Assembly: GCA_044376115.1 (NCBI GenBank) | Contig: JBILLK010000021.1 | Coordinates: forward strand, 1-64,000 | DNA from: Polyangiaceae bacterium | Lineage (GTDB): Bacteria; Myxococcota_A; Polyangia; Polyangiales; Polyangiaceae | Length of the DNA: 64,000 bases | Direction: 5' to 3' | Shown: in pieces, positions 38,549-48,092 of the stretch | How positions within the stretch are numbered: position 1 is the stretch's first letter | How the letters are laid out: each line of letters starts with the position of its first letter | Position numbers and translations under genes: made by a program | The notes under the pieces: generated by a model | Database searches by the model: none | What the model was told of the DNA's origin: nothing | Seen by the model: only the letters and a program-made list of their open reading frames with translations

Positions 38549-39339
38549 ACGTTGCGGTGGTGGGTGCAACCGGCCGCATGGGCCAGGCTGTACTGCGCCT
38601 GATCAAGGACGAGGGGCTCACGTTGGTGGGCGCTGTAGCGCGCGCATCCTCGCCTGCGATCGGTCGCGACGCGGGTGAGGTTGCAGGCGTCGGTGCGCTC
38701 GGTGCAGCCGTTTCTCCGGACCTTGCGTCGGGCCTGCTTGGCGCCGACTGCGTGATCGATTTCAGCACGCCCGAAGTGACGAAGGACGTGCTGCATCTGG
38801 CCGCAAAAAAAGGCATCGCGGTGGTCTCGGGCACTACGGGCCTTCCGCCCGAGACGCTGCGCGCGATCGATCAAGCGGCGGAGAAGGTGGCCGTGCTTTG
38901 GGCCTCCAACATGAGCTTGGGCGTGCAGGTCCTCGCCGAGCTGGCGAAGCAAGCCACGCGTATGTTGCCCGGCTTCGATCTCGAGATCGTCGAGGTGCAT
39001 CACAAGCTCAAAGCCGACGCACCGAGCGGCACCGCGCTGAGCTTGCTCGGTGCGATTCAAGAGGTGCGTGAAGCGCGCGCAGTGACGGGCCGCCAAGGCC
39101 GTCCGGGAGCGCGCATGGAAGATGAGGTTGGCGTCATGGCCGTGCGCGGTGGCGACGTGATCGGCGATCACACCATCCACTTCCTCGGCCCCGGCGAGCG
39201 CCTCGAGCTCACGCACCGCGCGACCAACCGCGACCTCTTCGCTCGCGGCGCCTTGCGCGCTGCACGCATCGTCGGCGGGCTACCCAAAGGCCGCTACACC
39301 ATGGCCGACATCGCGCGCATCATCGCTGGAGGGATGTAG
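38545..39339 (+). CDS. dapB: 4-hydroxy-tetrahydrodipicolinate reductase
   Basis: GATGRMG, IDFS, GTTG, EVHHKLKADAPSGTA, RGGDVIGDH. Confidence 0.98.
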   Translation: MNVAVVGATGRMGQAVLRLIKDEGLTLVGAVARASSPAIGRDAGEVAGVGALGAAVSPDLASGLLGADCVIDFSTPEVTKDVLHLAAKKGIAVVSGTTGLPPETLRAIDQAAEKVAVLWASNMSLGVQVLAELAKQATRMLPGFDLEIVEVHHKLKADAPSGTALSLLGAIQEVREARAVTGRQGRPGARMEDEVGVMAVRGGDVIGDHTIHFLGPGERLELTHRATNRDLFARGALRAARIVGGLPKGRYTMADIARIIAGGM

Positions 39340-39365
39340 ACGAGGCGCGCGTGCAGGGCTTGTGG

Positions 39366-39647
39366 TCAGTCCAGCTTGTAGCTGCAGTTGCTGCAGGTGC
39401 AGCTTCCGCCCCCGTTTCCGTTGCTGATGTATTGCGAAGACTTGCAATTCTGAGCCTTGCAGGCCTCGGCACATTCTTTGGCGCTCGCCCACTGCTTGAG
39501 TTCGTCGGCTTCTGAAACGTCGCTCACCGTAGCCTCTTGGGCGACGGCGTCCTGCGCGGTCTGGAGCTCGACGCTGGTGGGCTCGGAAGCGAAGGCGACG
39601 CTGGCGATGGCAGAGGCAAAAGCGAGGGCAAAAAGCTTCTTTAGCAT
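39366..39647 (-). CDS. Secreted Cys-rich defensin-like pre-pro-peptide
   Basis: 20-aa signal (..VAFA), acidic pro-region, C-terminal C-x3-C-x4-C-x14-C-x-C-x2-C. Confidence 0.75.
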   Translation of the reverse strand: MLKKLFALAFASAIASVAFASEPTSVELQTAQDAVAQEATVSDVSEADELKQWASAKECAEACKAQNCKSSQYISNGNGGGSCTCSNCSYKLD

Positions 39648-39747
39648 GGGGGACCTTTCGTGATTCGAGGGCACCTTCTTGGCGCCTCTCGATCATGTCA
39701 GTGCCCCCTCGCCCCCAATCGATCACGAAGGCCGTCAAGTTTTCGGG

Positions 39748-40659
39748 TCACATCTTTTTGAACCGCAACACGAAGCGGTCGCTCGTGCCGCGCTTCTCCG
39801 CGGCTGCTCGCGGGGAGTCGTTCCAATCGCGGGTGTCGTTGGGGTTGCGTAGGAAGTGGGCTTCGCCGTCGAGTTTGAAGCCGGCGGCGAGCACCTCTTG
39901 TTTGACCGTCTCTTCGTCGATGCGATGCAGCGATTCGCCTTCGCTCACGCCGGTGCCGGGGCGCCCTGAATGATCGATGAGGGCGAAGATGCCACCGGGC
40001 TTGAGCGCCTTGAAGATGTTGGCGTTCATCTTGGCGCGGTCGGTCTTGAGCCAAACGGTGTCGTGGTAGAAGAGCACCATGAACACCGCGTCGAGCTCCT
40101 TTGCATCGGCGGGGAGCGGCTCGTCGAAGTCGCGGTCGACTCGAACCACGCCCTTCATCGCCGGCTTCTTGAGTCGTTCGGACCACGGCTTCTCGGCGAA
40201 GCGCTCGAGTAGGAACTTCGAGTTGTGGCCCCACACTTTGCCTTTGGGTCCGACTGTGCGCGCCAAGAGCTCGGCCGTGTAACCACCGCCTGCGGCAAGC
40301 TCGGCCACCCGCATGCCCTGCGTGATGCCGAAGAAGCTCAGCATCTCGCCCGGGTGACGCCCGGCATCCATCGCCTTGTCGTCGGCTGAGCGGTCGGCCG
40401 CATCGACGATCTTCTTGTGGGCATCGCTCACGGCAAACGGTTCGGCCGCGCGGTAGGACGGTGCCGCGCTGGGCGTAGCAGAAGCCGTTGCCGAAGCCGC
40501 CGGAAGCGCAACAGCGCTGCTCGTTGGTGCGGAGTTGAACGGCACTGCCGAGGTCCCCGTCACTTCTTTGATCGGCTCGGCAGCCGGGCGCTGCTCACAC
40601 GCAGCCGCGCCCACGAGCGAGAAGAGCGCACACACCGCCAGCACGTTTCTGATTCGCAT
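39748..40659 (-). CDS. Predicted SAM-dependent methyltransferase lipoprotein (COG4798-like)
   Basis: Lipobox AAAC; RHPGEMLSFFGI..GMRVAELAAGGGYTAELL, YHD, ALKPGG.FALIDH, DRFVLRF. Confidence 0.9.
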   Translation of the reverse strand: MRIRNVLAVCALFSLVGAAACEQRPAAEPIKEVTGTSAVPFNSAPTSSAVALPAASATASATPSAAPSYRAAEPFAVSDAHKKIVDAADRSADDKAMDAGRHPGEMLSFFGITQGMRVAELAAGGGYTAELLARTVGPKGKVWGHNSKFLLERFAEKPWSERLKKPAMKGVVRVDRDFDEPLPADAKELDAVFMVLFYHDTVWLKTDRAKMNANIFKALKPGGIFALIDHSGRPGTGVSEGESLHRIDEETVKQEVLAAGFKLDGEAHFLRNPNDTRDWNDSPRAAAEKRGTSDRFVLRFKKM

Positions 40660-40718
40660 GCTGGCCCTTAGCGAGCCAGAGCCAGGCGTGCAACGGGAAG
40701 TCAGCTCGGGCGGAGCCT

Positions 40719-41117
40719 TCAGCCCATACCGAGCAGCTTGTTCATGCTCGCTTCATCGGCGGGCGTGAACGGGTACTGCTCGAACTGGCTGCTCGTCACC
40801 CAGCGAAAATCATTCACCGCCAGCGCCGCTGGCTCACCTGCAGCGAGCGTGCACTCGTAGAGATAGAGGTCCACGGTGTAACGCTCGTACGGGTGACTGA
40901 CGAACGAGATCAGCTGACCCACCGAGATCTCAACACCCAGCCGGTGCCGCACCTCACGCAAAAGCGCTTGTGAATCGGACTCGGTGGGCTCGACCCGGCC
41001 GCCCGGAAACTCCCATAGCAGCGGGAGCACCGCACCCGGCCTTCGCTGCGTGATCAGGTAGCTGCCGTCACGTCCAATAACGCCGGCAACTACTCGGATC
41101 GTCTGGTTTGCACCCAT
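40719..41117 (-). CDS. NUDIX hydrolase (MutT/NudG-like)
   Basis: WEFPGGRVEPTESDSQALLREVRHRLGV Nudix box variant; PAD motif. Confidence 0.9.
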   Translation of the reverse strand: MGANQTIRVVAGVIGRDGSYLITQRRPGAVLPLLWEFPGGRVEPTESDSQALLREVRHRLGVEISVGQLISFVSHPYERYTVDLYLYECTLAAGEPAALAVNDFRWVTSSQFEQYPFTPADEASMNKLLGMG

Positions 41118-41127
41118 CTCGGTGCGG

Positions 41128-42234
41128 TCAGTTGACCGCTACGCGGAACAACTGCTGGCCCATCAGCAAGATGTCACCGTGGTTGAGAACATGGTCTTTC
41201 TGCAACCGCACGAAGCTCCCGTTGGAGCTCCCGAGATCGGTCACGAAGATCTTGTTGTTCACCAGGTTGATGCGGCAGTGCAGGCCCGAAACGTAGCCGT
41301 CTTCGGGGAAGAGGACGTCACCACGCTCACGACCGAGGTGGATGCCGGCCTCCGGGATGGGATAGGCGTTACCAGTAGTGTCCCGCCCAACGAGCAAGGC
41401 CAAGCGAGCGACGTAGCCCTTGGCCGGGCTGCCCAGCCGCTCCACACCATCGGCGCTCTTGGGCACCGGGTTGAGCGCCTCGACCCGGAGGATCTCCTGG
41501 CCGATGCGGAAGATGTCGCCGTAGGCGAGCTCGATCGGCTCGTCTCGGCCGATCTTGCGATAGACGCCGTTGAGCGAGCTCTCATCCCGAACTACCACCT
41601 GACGACCGCGCGCGGTGAAGGTGGCGTGCTTGGGCGAGAGGTAGCTGTCACCAGCGAACACACCGCCGGAATCACGGCCGATCGTGTTGGGCCCAGCGGA
41701 CATGTGGAACGAGCCCGCCTCGGTGCCGTCTGCGCGGAGGGCCGTCAGCGAGACACCACCAGCGACAGGCGCCGGCAGTTCAATGCCGACGACTGGCGGT
41801 GCCGCTGCGGCTGCTGCGCTGACCGCGATGGCTGGCCCAACCCCGGGCGTAGCCGCTACGCCGGGCGTGGCCGGTGAAGACGGCGATGGCTGCGGCGCAG
41901 GAACGCTGGCCGCCGCCTTCGCGAGCTTGAAGCCGCACGAAGCGCAGAACTTATTCGTCGGCGCGTTGGGGTGGGCGCATTGCGGGCAGACCACCAAGTG
42001 GGCCTCGCTGCCGCCTGTAGCCACCGGCGCTAGACCGGAGGTGGGGAGCCCCTGCGACGTCGACTCATCGGCGATGGCAGAGGGCATCTTGACGGCGGGC
42101 ACGCCTTGCGGAGGCGTGTTGTTGGACGGACCGAACTTCTTGGGCGACGCGTCTCTCGGGAGCTCCGCTCCGCAGCCCAAACAGAACTTGTAGTGGTCCT
42201 GGTTTTCCTTCGTGCACTTCGGACAGATGATCAC
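41128..42234 (-). CDS. Double zinc-ribbon plus two FHA domain protein
   Basis: CPKC..FCLGCG and CPQC..FCASCG; IGR...SPKHA...SLNG and LGR...VSGLHC...DLGSSNGSFV. Confidence 0.9.
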   Translation of the reverse strand: MIICPKCTKENQDHYKFCLGCGAELPRDASPKKFGPSNNTPPQGVPAVKMPSAIADESTSQGLPTSGLAPVATGGSEAHLVVCPQCAHPNAPTNKFCASCGFKLAKAAASVPAPQPSPSSPATPGVAATPGVGPAIAVSAAAAAAPPVVGIELPAPVAGGVSLTALRADGTEAGSFHMSAGPNTIGRDSGGVFAGDSYLSPKHATFTARGRQVVVRDESSLNGVYRKIGRDEPIELAYGDIFRIGQEILRVEALNPVPKSADGVERLGSPAKGYVARLALLVGRDTTGNAYPIPEAGIHLGRERGDVLFPEDGYVSGLHCRINLVNNKIFVTDLGSSNGSFVRLQKDHVLNHGDILLMGQQLFRVAVN

Positions 42235-42339
42235 CGGGCTCTCCTCAGGGACGCAGCGGCAGAAGGATAAGCCGGGAAAAGGCGCATTGTCGACTTTACT
42301 CGTCGAGTGGGAAGTTCCATCGAAGTTTTAGCCATGTTC

Positions 42340-42951
42340 CTAGCGAGAAAGGACTGCCAAGGCGTCGCGCAGGAGCTCGGCCATTGGCAGTTGGGTTAGG
42401 TCACGAGACTGCGAAAGGGTGCTGACGGCCCGCTCCGCCTCCGCAGGGCGGAAGCCCATACGCGTGAGCGTGGCCACGAGTTGCTCGGATGCGGGCGTCG
42501 AAGGAGGGGGCCCGACCGGCCCTGGAGCCGCGCGACCGGGCGTGATTTCGAGCTTGCCCTTCAGCTCGAGCACGAGCCGTTCGGCCGTCTTTTTACCGAC
42601 CCCAGGGATGGCCACGAGCTTACCGAGCTCTTGCCGACCGACGGCCTGAGCGAGCTCCTCCACCGTGACCGCCGAGAGCACGGACAACGCCAATTTGGGA
42701 CCAACGTTGGAGATGCCGATCAGCGTGCGAAAGACCTCGCGCTCGGAGCTCGACGAGAAGCCAAACAGCAGGAAGGCGTCCTCTCGAACGTGGGTGTGGA
42801 TGAACAGCGTCAGCACGTCGCTGGCGGCCGTTCTACCTAGCCGACCAAGCGTCCCGAGCGGCACCGTGACCTCGTAACCAACACCGCCGACATCCACCGT
42901 GAGGCCGCCGCCGTCCTCCTCGATCACGCGCCCGGTCAGCCGGCTGATCAA
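42340..42951 (-). CDS. ruvA: Holliday junction branch migration protein RuvA
   Basis: MISRLTG, VGGVGYEV, THVRED..LLFGF, ISNVGPKLAL, IPGVGKKTAERLVLEL. Confidence 0.97.
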   Translation of the reverse strand: MISRLTGRVIEEDGGGLTVDVGGVGYEVTVPLGTLGRLGRTAASDVLTLFIHTHVREDAFLLFGFSSSSEREVFRTLIGISNVGPKLALSVLSAVTVEELAQAVGRQELGKLVAIPGVGKKTAERLVLELKGKLEITPGRAAPGPVGPPPSTPASEQLVATLTRMGFRPAEAERAVSTLSQSRDLTQLPMAELLRDALAVLSR

Positions 42952-43589
42952 TTGTTTTTTGCTCCTTGGAGGATCCAGGTGCGGACGACGTCACGCGTTG
43001 CGCGGTCGAGCACGCCGGAACCCTGCGGCATCGGCTGGAGGCAATCTCCGTCGTTGCACTCGAGCGCGGAGCACGAAAGGTCCCCATCCATCTTGTTCAT
43101 CAGGAAGCTCGTTTCAGGCTTCTCAGGGTCCACGAGCTTGCGCGTGGGAGCCAGGAACGAATCGGCGCCGACGATGGTGCTGAAGATGAGGTCGATGTCA
43201 CTGGGCGTGGTTTCGGGGTTCACTTCGCCGAGGTAGGGCTTGTACCCGTCGGGCCCGACCGGACTTTGGGGGTTGCCGTGACAAGCCGAGGAGAGCGAAC
43301 ACGACTGCTCGAAGATGGGCAGAACCTCGGCGGAGAAGGAGACCTCCGCGCTGGGTGCCTCGAAGCAGGCGTAGTCGAAACACTTGTCTGCGCCGAGCTC
43401 CTCGCAACCGCCCCCCGAGCCTCCCGAGCCGTCGTCGGAACAGCCGGCCGCGGGCGTTAGCAGCGCCGAAAACGCGGCCAAAGGGAGGCCGAGCAGGTAG
43501 AGCCAGCGCCACGAGCGAGCGTTGAGAGTGGCATTCCGTCCAGGGTGGTCGAAGAGAACGTACTTCACGCCGGGCACATTACCACGCAC
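42948..43589 (-). CDS. Lipoprotein with planctomycete-cytochrome-c-like domain (CX5CH)
   Basis: AAGC lipobox; VSFSAEVLPIFEQSCSLSSACHG, LVDPEKPETSFL, MP, VVRTWILQGA; start uncertain. Confidence 0.65.
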   Translation of the reverse strand: MRGNVPGVKYVLFDHPGRNATLNARSWRWLYLLGLPLAAFSALLTPAAGCSDDGSGGSGGGCEELGADKCFDYACFEAPSAEVSFSAEVLPIFEQSCSLSSACHGNPQSPVGPDGYKPYLGEVNPETTPSDIDLIFSTIVGADSFLAPTRKLVDPEKPETSFLMNKMDGDLSCSALECNDGDCLQPMPQGSGVLDRATRDVVRTWILQGAKNN

Positions 43590-43650
43590 TCCGCGGCCTC
43601 CAATCGGGGCTTTTTTGGCCGTACCTGCAGTCCGCAGGTACGCTCTCCCT

Positions 43651-44412
43651 GTGCAACTGGACCAGAGCCGGCTCTTGCCCCGAACAGAGGAGCTTTCTCC
43701 TTTGATTTGCCGCTATTGGCTGGGGCTGGGGCTGTGCTTGGTTACCGGTTGCGCCTCCAACGCCGGCCTGGAGCGGGACCTCAACTCGCTGCGCACCGAG
43801 ATGGCCTCCTTGCGGGCACGCGAAGGCGCGCTCAGCGAAAGGCTCGAAGCGCTCGAGCGGGCGCAAAACGGCAAGGCGCTGGTCGCCAGCACGACCACGA
43901 ACGAGACCAGCGACGAGCGCCCCGAATTGAAGGTGGTTCGGCTCAAACCGCCGGCGTCCGAACAGGAAGACCCGCTAGCTTCCGAGACGCGCATCCGAAT
44001 CCGTTCGACCAACGCTGGCTTGGTCGAGGAGGAAACCACCGGCCCGGCCAAAGAGGCCTCCGGCGCCGAATTCAAGTTGGGCAAGTCGCTGTTCGAGAAG
44101 AAGTCGTGGGACGGCGCGATCGCCGCCTTCACGACCTTCATTGCGCAAAACCCACGCGACCCCAACCTCGCCGAAGCCACGCACCTGCGAGCGATGGCTT
44201 ACTCGGTCAAGAACGATCCCTCGCGCGCCGCCGAGCAATTCGAGGCGGTGGTGGAGTCCTACCCCGACAGCCCCTTCGCTCCAGACGCCTTGCTGGAGCT
44301 CGCGCGCGTGCGCGAAAAGCTGGGTGACAAGGCGGCGGCTGACCGCGCCCGCACGCGTCTGAAGTCCGACTATCCGAAAAGCGCTGCTGCAAAAAAGCTG
44401 GAAAAACGGTGA
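43651..44412 (+). CDS. YbgF/CpoB-like coiled-coil plus TPR lipoprotein
   Basis: VTGC lipobox, coiled coil, TPR (AIAAFTTFIAQNP..., YPDSPFAPDALLEL, YPKSAAAK); start uncertain. Confidence 0.8.
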   Translation: MQLDQSRLLPRTEELSPLICRYWLGLGLCLVTGCASNAGLERDLNSLRTEMASLRAREGALSERLEALERAQNGKALVASTTTNETSDERPELKVVRLKPPASEQEDPLASETRIRIRSTNAGLVEEETTGPAKEASGAEFKLGKSLFEKKSWDGAIAAFTTFIAQNPRDPNLAEATHLRAMAYSVKNDPSRAAEQFEAVVESYPDSPFAPDALLELARVREKLGDKAAADRARTRLKSDYPKSAAAKKLEKR

Positions 44413-44416
44413 ATCG

Positions 44417-45706
44417 ATGAAGTCTCTCACGCTCTCTGCCCTGACCACCCTTGCCCTCGTCTCGACCGTAAGCGCCGAAGCGCTGGCCCAAGAGGAGGCC
44501 GGTCCGACCAGCAACCCGGGAGGGGATTCCTCGTTCATGCAGGTCGCGCCGCCTTCGGTGACCACCACCTTCAGCCGCGACAGCGGACCGCCGGTCGACT
44601 CGTACCTTCCCTCGGGGTCGCAATCGCTCACCGACGTCAACGCGACCAAGAGCACCTTCGATCTCAACCGCGGGGACGGCGCCACGCTCTCCTCCAAAGG
44701 CGACCCGAAGGGCCAGTTCATCGTCGAGGGCAGCGGCGTGCCGTCGGCGCATACCGTCAAGCGCGGCGATACGCTTTGGGCGATCAGCGGCCAGTACTAC
44801 AAGAACCCCTACAACTGGCCGCGGCTCTGGTCGCAGAACCCTCAGATCCTCAACCCGCACTGGATCTACCCCGGCGACCGACTGCGACTGCGCAGCGACG
44901 AACGTGGCTCGATTCGCCCGCGGACCGTGCCGGAGCAGACCGTCTTCCTCCGCAACTACGGTTGGGTCGACGACCCCGAACGAGACGCCATGGGCGAGCT
45001 CGTCGGTGGGCCCGATGAGAATCAGATGTTGTCCTACGGGGACGACGCGTACATCGAGCTCGACGAAGAGAAGCACAAGGACATGAAGATCGAGCTCGGC
45101 CAGGAGCTGCAGCTTTATCGCGAGGTCCGCACGATGAGTGGAGAAGACGCTGACCAAAGCGGCGAACTCGTGGAAGTGCTCGGTACCGTGCGCGTCGACC
45201 GCTACAACCCGAAGACGCGCATGATCCGCGCACACATCGTCGAGGCCCTCGACGTGATCGAGCGTGGCGTGTTGGTCGGGCCGGTACCGCGCAAGTTCTT
45301 GATCGTACCCCCGGCGCAGAACGAGGAGTACCAAGAGGCGCACATCCTCACCGCCCTTTATCCGCATCAGTTCTTTGGTCAGCACCAAGTGCTGTTCCTC
45401 GATCGCGGGTCCAAGCAGGGCGTCAAGCCGGGCAATCGCTTCATCGCCGTCCGGCGCGGGGATTTGTGGGTGGATTCGCTCGACATCGGCGGCTACGGCG
45501 CGACCATTCGCGCCGCCACCGAGGACGACCGCGACGGTCAGATCGAGGACCTCAAGACCGATGGCCCCGACGACAAGTACCCCAATGAAACCTACGGTGA
45601 AGTCCGCGTGCTCGAGGTGCGCGAGAACAGCTGCATGGCCGTCGTGATCGAGTCCTCGATCGAGATGGAACGCGACACCATCCTGGTGATGAAGAAGGGT
45701 TACTAG
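44417..45706 (+). CDS. LysM-domain secreted protein (TsaP-like)
   Basis: Signal peptide; HTVKRGDTLWAISGQYYKNPYNWPRLWSQNPQILNPHWIYPGD; VLFLDRGSKQGVKPGNRF C-terminal domain. Confidence 0.85.
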   Translation: MKSLTLSALTTLALVSTVSAEALAQEEAGPTSNPGGDSSFMQVAPPSVTTTFSRDSGPPVDSYLPSGSQSLTDVNATKSTFDLNRGDGATLSSKGDPKGQFIVEGSGVPSAHTVKRGDTLWAISGQYYKNPYNWPRLWSQNPQILNPHWIYPGDRLRLRSDERGSIRPRTVPEQTVFLRNYGWVDDPERDAMGELVGGPDENQMLSYGDDAYIELDEEKHKDMKIELGQELQLYREVRTMSGEDADQSGELVEVLGTVRVDRYNPKTRMIRAHIVEALDVIERGVLVGPVPRKFLIVPPAQNEEYQEAHILTALYPHQFFGQHQVLFLDRGSKQGVKPGNRFIAVRRGDLWVDSLDIGGYGATIRAATEDDRDGQIEDLKTDGPDDKYPNETYGEVRVLEVRENSCMAVVIESSIEMERDTILVMKKGY

Positions 45707-45733
45707 GCGAGCAAACTAAGAGGGCGACGGGCG

Positions 45734-47224
45734 CTAGCCCTCGCCCTTCCGTAGTTCTTGCTTGAGCACCTTGCCCATCGCGTTGCGGGGTAACTCGTTC
45801 ACGACGCGGATCTCTTTGGGCAGCTTGAATGGTGAGAGCCTTTCGCGCAGGAAGCTCTTCAGCCAAGCAGCGGGCTCGGTTTCGGCGGCCGCGCCAACCG
45901 AGCCGGCGTCGACGACTTCACTCGCTGGCCTTCGAAGCACGATGATGGCGACGATCTTGTCGCCCCACACGGGATCGGGAACGCCGATCACGGCGGCCTC
46001 CGCGACTTCGGGGTGCTCGCGGCAGGCCTCCTCGATTTCGAGCGCCGATACCTTCTCACCGCCGGTCTTGAGGATGTCGCTGCTGGCCCGACCAAGGATG
46101 GTGAAGCCGCCCTCGGCGGAGCGACGCACGACGTCGCCGGTCTGGAAGTAGCCGTCGGCGGTGAGCGGCTTTTGCAACACGCCGCCGCTCAAATAGCCGG
46201 CGAACAGCATCGGGCCGCGCACCCAAAGCTCACCGGCGTCCTCGGTGTCTCGGCCTTGCTCATCGACCACGCGCAGCTCCACCGAAGCCAGCGGCTGACC
46301 TACCTGCCCCGGTCGACGCAGCTCGGGCGCGAGCGGGTTCGACAAAGCGATGCCGATCTCGGTCATGCCGTAACGCTCGAGCGGAAGGGCGCCGGCGAAG
46401 CGGCGCCATTCCGCTGCGAGCGTGGCCGAGAGGGCCGCGGACCCGCTGGTGGCGAGTCGGAGCGCGCGCGCTCCGCGCGCGAGCTCCGGCTCGCCACCGA
46501 GCAGCTCCACGAAGCGTTGGTACATGGTGGGAACGCCCATGAACACGCTGCAACGCTCGAGCTCGACGAGCACGCTGCGGGCCTCGAAGCGGCGAAAGAG
46601 CCGCACCGAGGCGCCGGCCGAAAGAGCGGTCAAGAGCGCCACCACCACGCCGTGCAAATGATGAAACGGCAAGGCACAGGCGAGCACGTCGTCGGCGTGA
46701 AAGCCCCAGTGGTCGCGCAGGGCGCTCGTCTGCGCAAACAGGTTGCCGTGGCTGAGCACCGCGGCCTTCGGTTTGCCGGTGGTGCCCGAGGTAAAGAGCA
46801 CCAAGGCGGGGTCCTCGTCGGAGAGCGCCAACGCGCTGGGGGCGCTCGTGACTGAAGGCGTTTCGCGCCAGGCTTCGAGCGCCTCAGGCTCGATCAAAGC
46901 CCGCAGTTTCTCGCAGTGGTCCTGATCGCCGAGGGCGCGCGTAACGTTGGCCTGCGCAAAAATATGTTCAAGTTCGCGCGCCGTTGCTCCCAGCGGAATG
47001 GGCACCGCGACCGCGCCCGAACATAGCAGGGAGAGGAAGGCCTCCACCCAAGCGAGGCCGGGGTGCGCCATCAACGCGACAGCTTGACCACGCAACGCCG
47101 GCCGTTGTTTTGCGTTCGTGAGCAGCTGCGACAACGTGCAGGCCGTGCTCGTCGCCAACTCCACGAGCTGCGAATCGCTCGCCCCCATCACGGCCTCGAG
47201 TCGGGACACCAAGGATGAAGCCAT
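45734..47224 (-). CDS. Acyl-CoA synthetase (MatB/ACSF3-like)
   Basis: FTSGTTGKPK, LPFHHLHG, ERYGMTE, FQTGD, GRASSDILKTGGEKVSALEIE, PRNAMGKV. Confidence 0.93.
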   Translation of the reverse strand: MASSLVSRLEAVMGASDSQLVELATSTACTLSQLLTNAKQRPALRGQAVALMAHPGLAWVEAFLSLLCSGAVAVPIPLGATARELEHIFAQANVTRALGDQDHCEKLRALIEPEALEAWRETPSVTSAPSALALSDEDPALVLFTSGTTGKPKAAVLSHGNLFAQTSALRDHWGFHADDVLACALPFHHLHGVVVALLTALSAGASVRLFRRFEARSVLVELERCSVFMGVPTMYQRFVELLGGEPELARGARALRLATSGSAALSATLAAEWRRFAGALPLERYGMTEIGIALSNPLAPELRRPGQVGQPLASVELRVVDEQGRDTEDAGELWVRGPMLFAGYLSGGVLQKPLTADGYFQTGDVVRRSAEGGFTILGRASSDILKTGGEKVSALEIEEACREHPEVAEAAVIGVPDPVWGDKIVAIIVLRRPASEVVDAGSVGAAAETEPAAWLKSFLRERLSPFKLPKEIRVVNELPRNAMGKVLKQELRKGEG

Positions 47225-47273
47225 CGGGGTCAGGAAGTACCACGCGCAATCCGGGAACGACTAGACTCCTCGC

Positions 47274-48029
47274 ATGCGCGTTACCGTCCTGGTTACTGGC
47301 TTGGTTTTGAGTTTGGCCGCTTGCGGAGACGAGAAGCCCGCGGCTGGCTCCGCCTCGGCGGCCGCTGCCTCCGCCAAACCGAGCGCAGCCGCGCCCACCT
47401 CGGCCAAGAAGCCCGACGGCATGCCGCCGGTCACCGTCGACGAGATGGGACCGTTCATCAACGGCCAGCGCGCGGTGATGAAGGAAGCGGGCGGCCCCGA
47501 GAAGCTGAAGAAGATCGTCGCTGAGTTGCCCATCAACGGCAAAGAGGTCGAGCTCGCGGTGTTGAAGAAGGCCAAGCTGAGCGACGTTACGGCGGTGGTT
47601 CGCGAGCTCGGGCTGGCCGGCGCTCCCACCGTCAAAGTGAAGGCCGACAGCCGCGGCGACCTGCCGAAGGAGCTCGTAGTAACGCCGCAAAACAAGCTCG
47701 CCGGCGCGCCCGCGGGCTGTTCGGTGGTGGCCTTCATCACCGGCAAGTTCGAGACCGACGTGTGGTCGATCAGCGGTGGAGTGGCGAAGAAGCACGTGAA
47801 GGGCTTCGCCGGGCCGGACCTTTCGAACGCTGGGGAGAGCCTGAAGAAGGAGCTCAAGAAGTGCGACTCGAAGCAGGCGTTCTTCACCGCCGATGACGGC
47901 CTCGATTGGGAGATCGCGCATCTCGCCGGCGGGGCCATCCGCGTGAACGACGAGGACAAAAAGATCGAGAGCCTCGTGCTGCTGGACGAGGCTCCCGTTC
48001 CCGGTCGGGCCGTCAAACTAGCGCAGTGA
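47274..48029 (+). CDS. Hypothetical lipoprotein
   Basis: Lipobox LAAC; Ala-rich linker; two weakly ExbD-periplasmic-like segments. Confidence 0.7.
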   Translation: MRVTVLVTGLVLSLAACGDEKPAAGSASAAAASAKPSAAAPTSAKKPDGMPPVTVDEMGPFINGQRAVMKEAGGPEKLKKIVAELPINGKEVELAVLKKAKLSDVTAVVRELGLAGAPTVKVKADSRGDLPKELVVTPQNKLAGAPAGCSVVAFITGKFETDVWSISGGVAKKHVKGFAGPDLSNAGESLKKELKKCDSKQAFFTADDGLDWEIAHLAGGAIRVNDEDKKIESLVLLDEAPVPGRAVKLAQ

Positions 48030-48092
48030 CTAGCCGGGTGACCGGAGGAGTGACGCAGGGACCGGAGCCGAAGCGCCCGGTCCCCGACGCCG

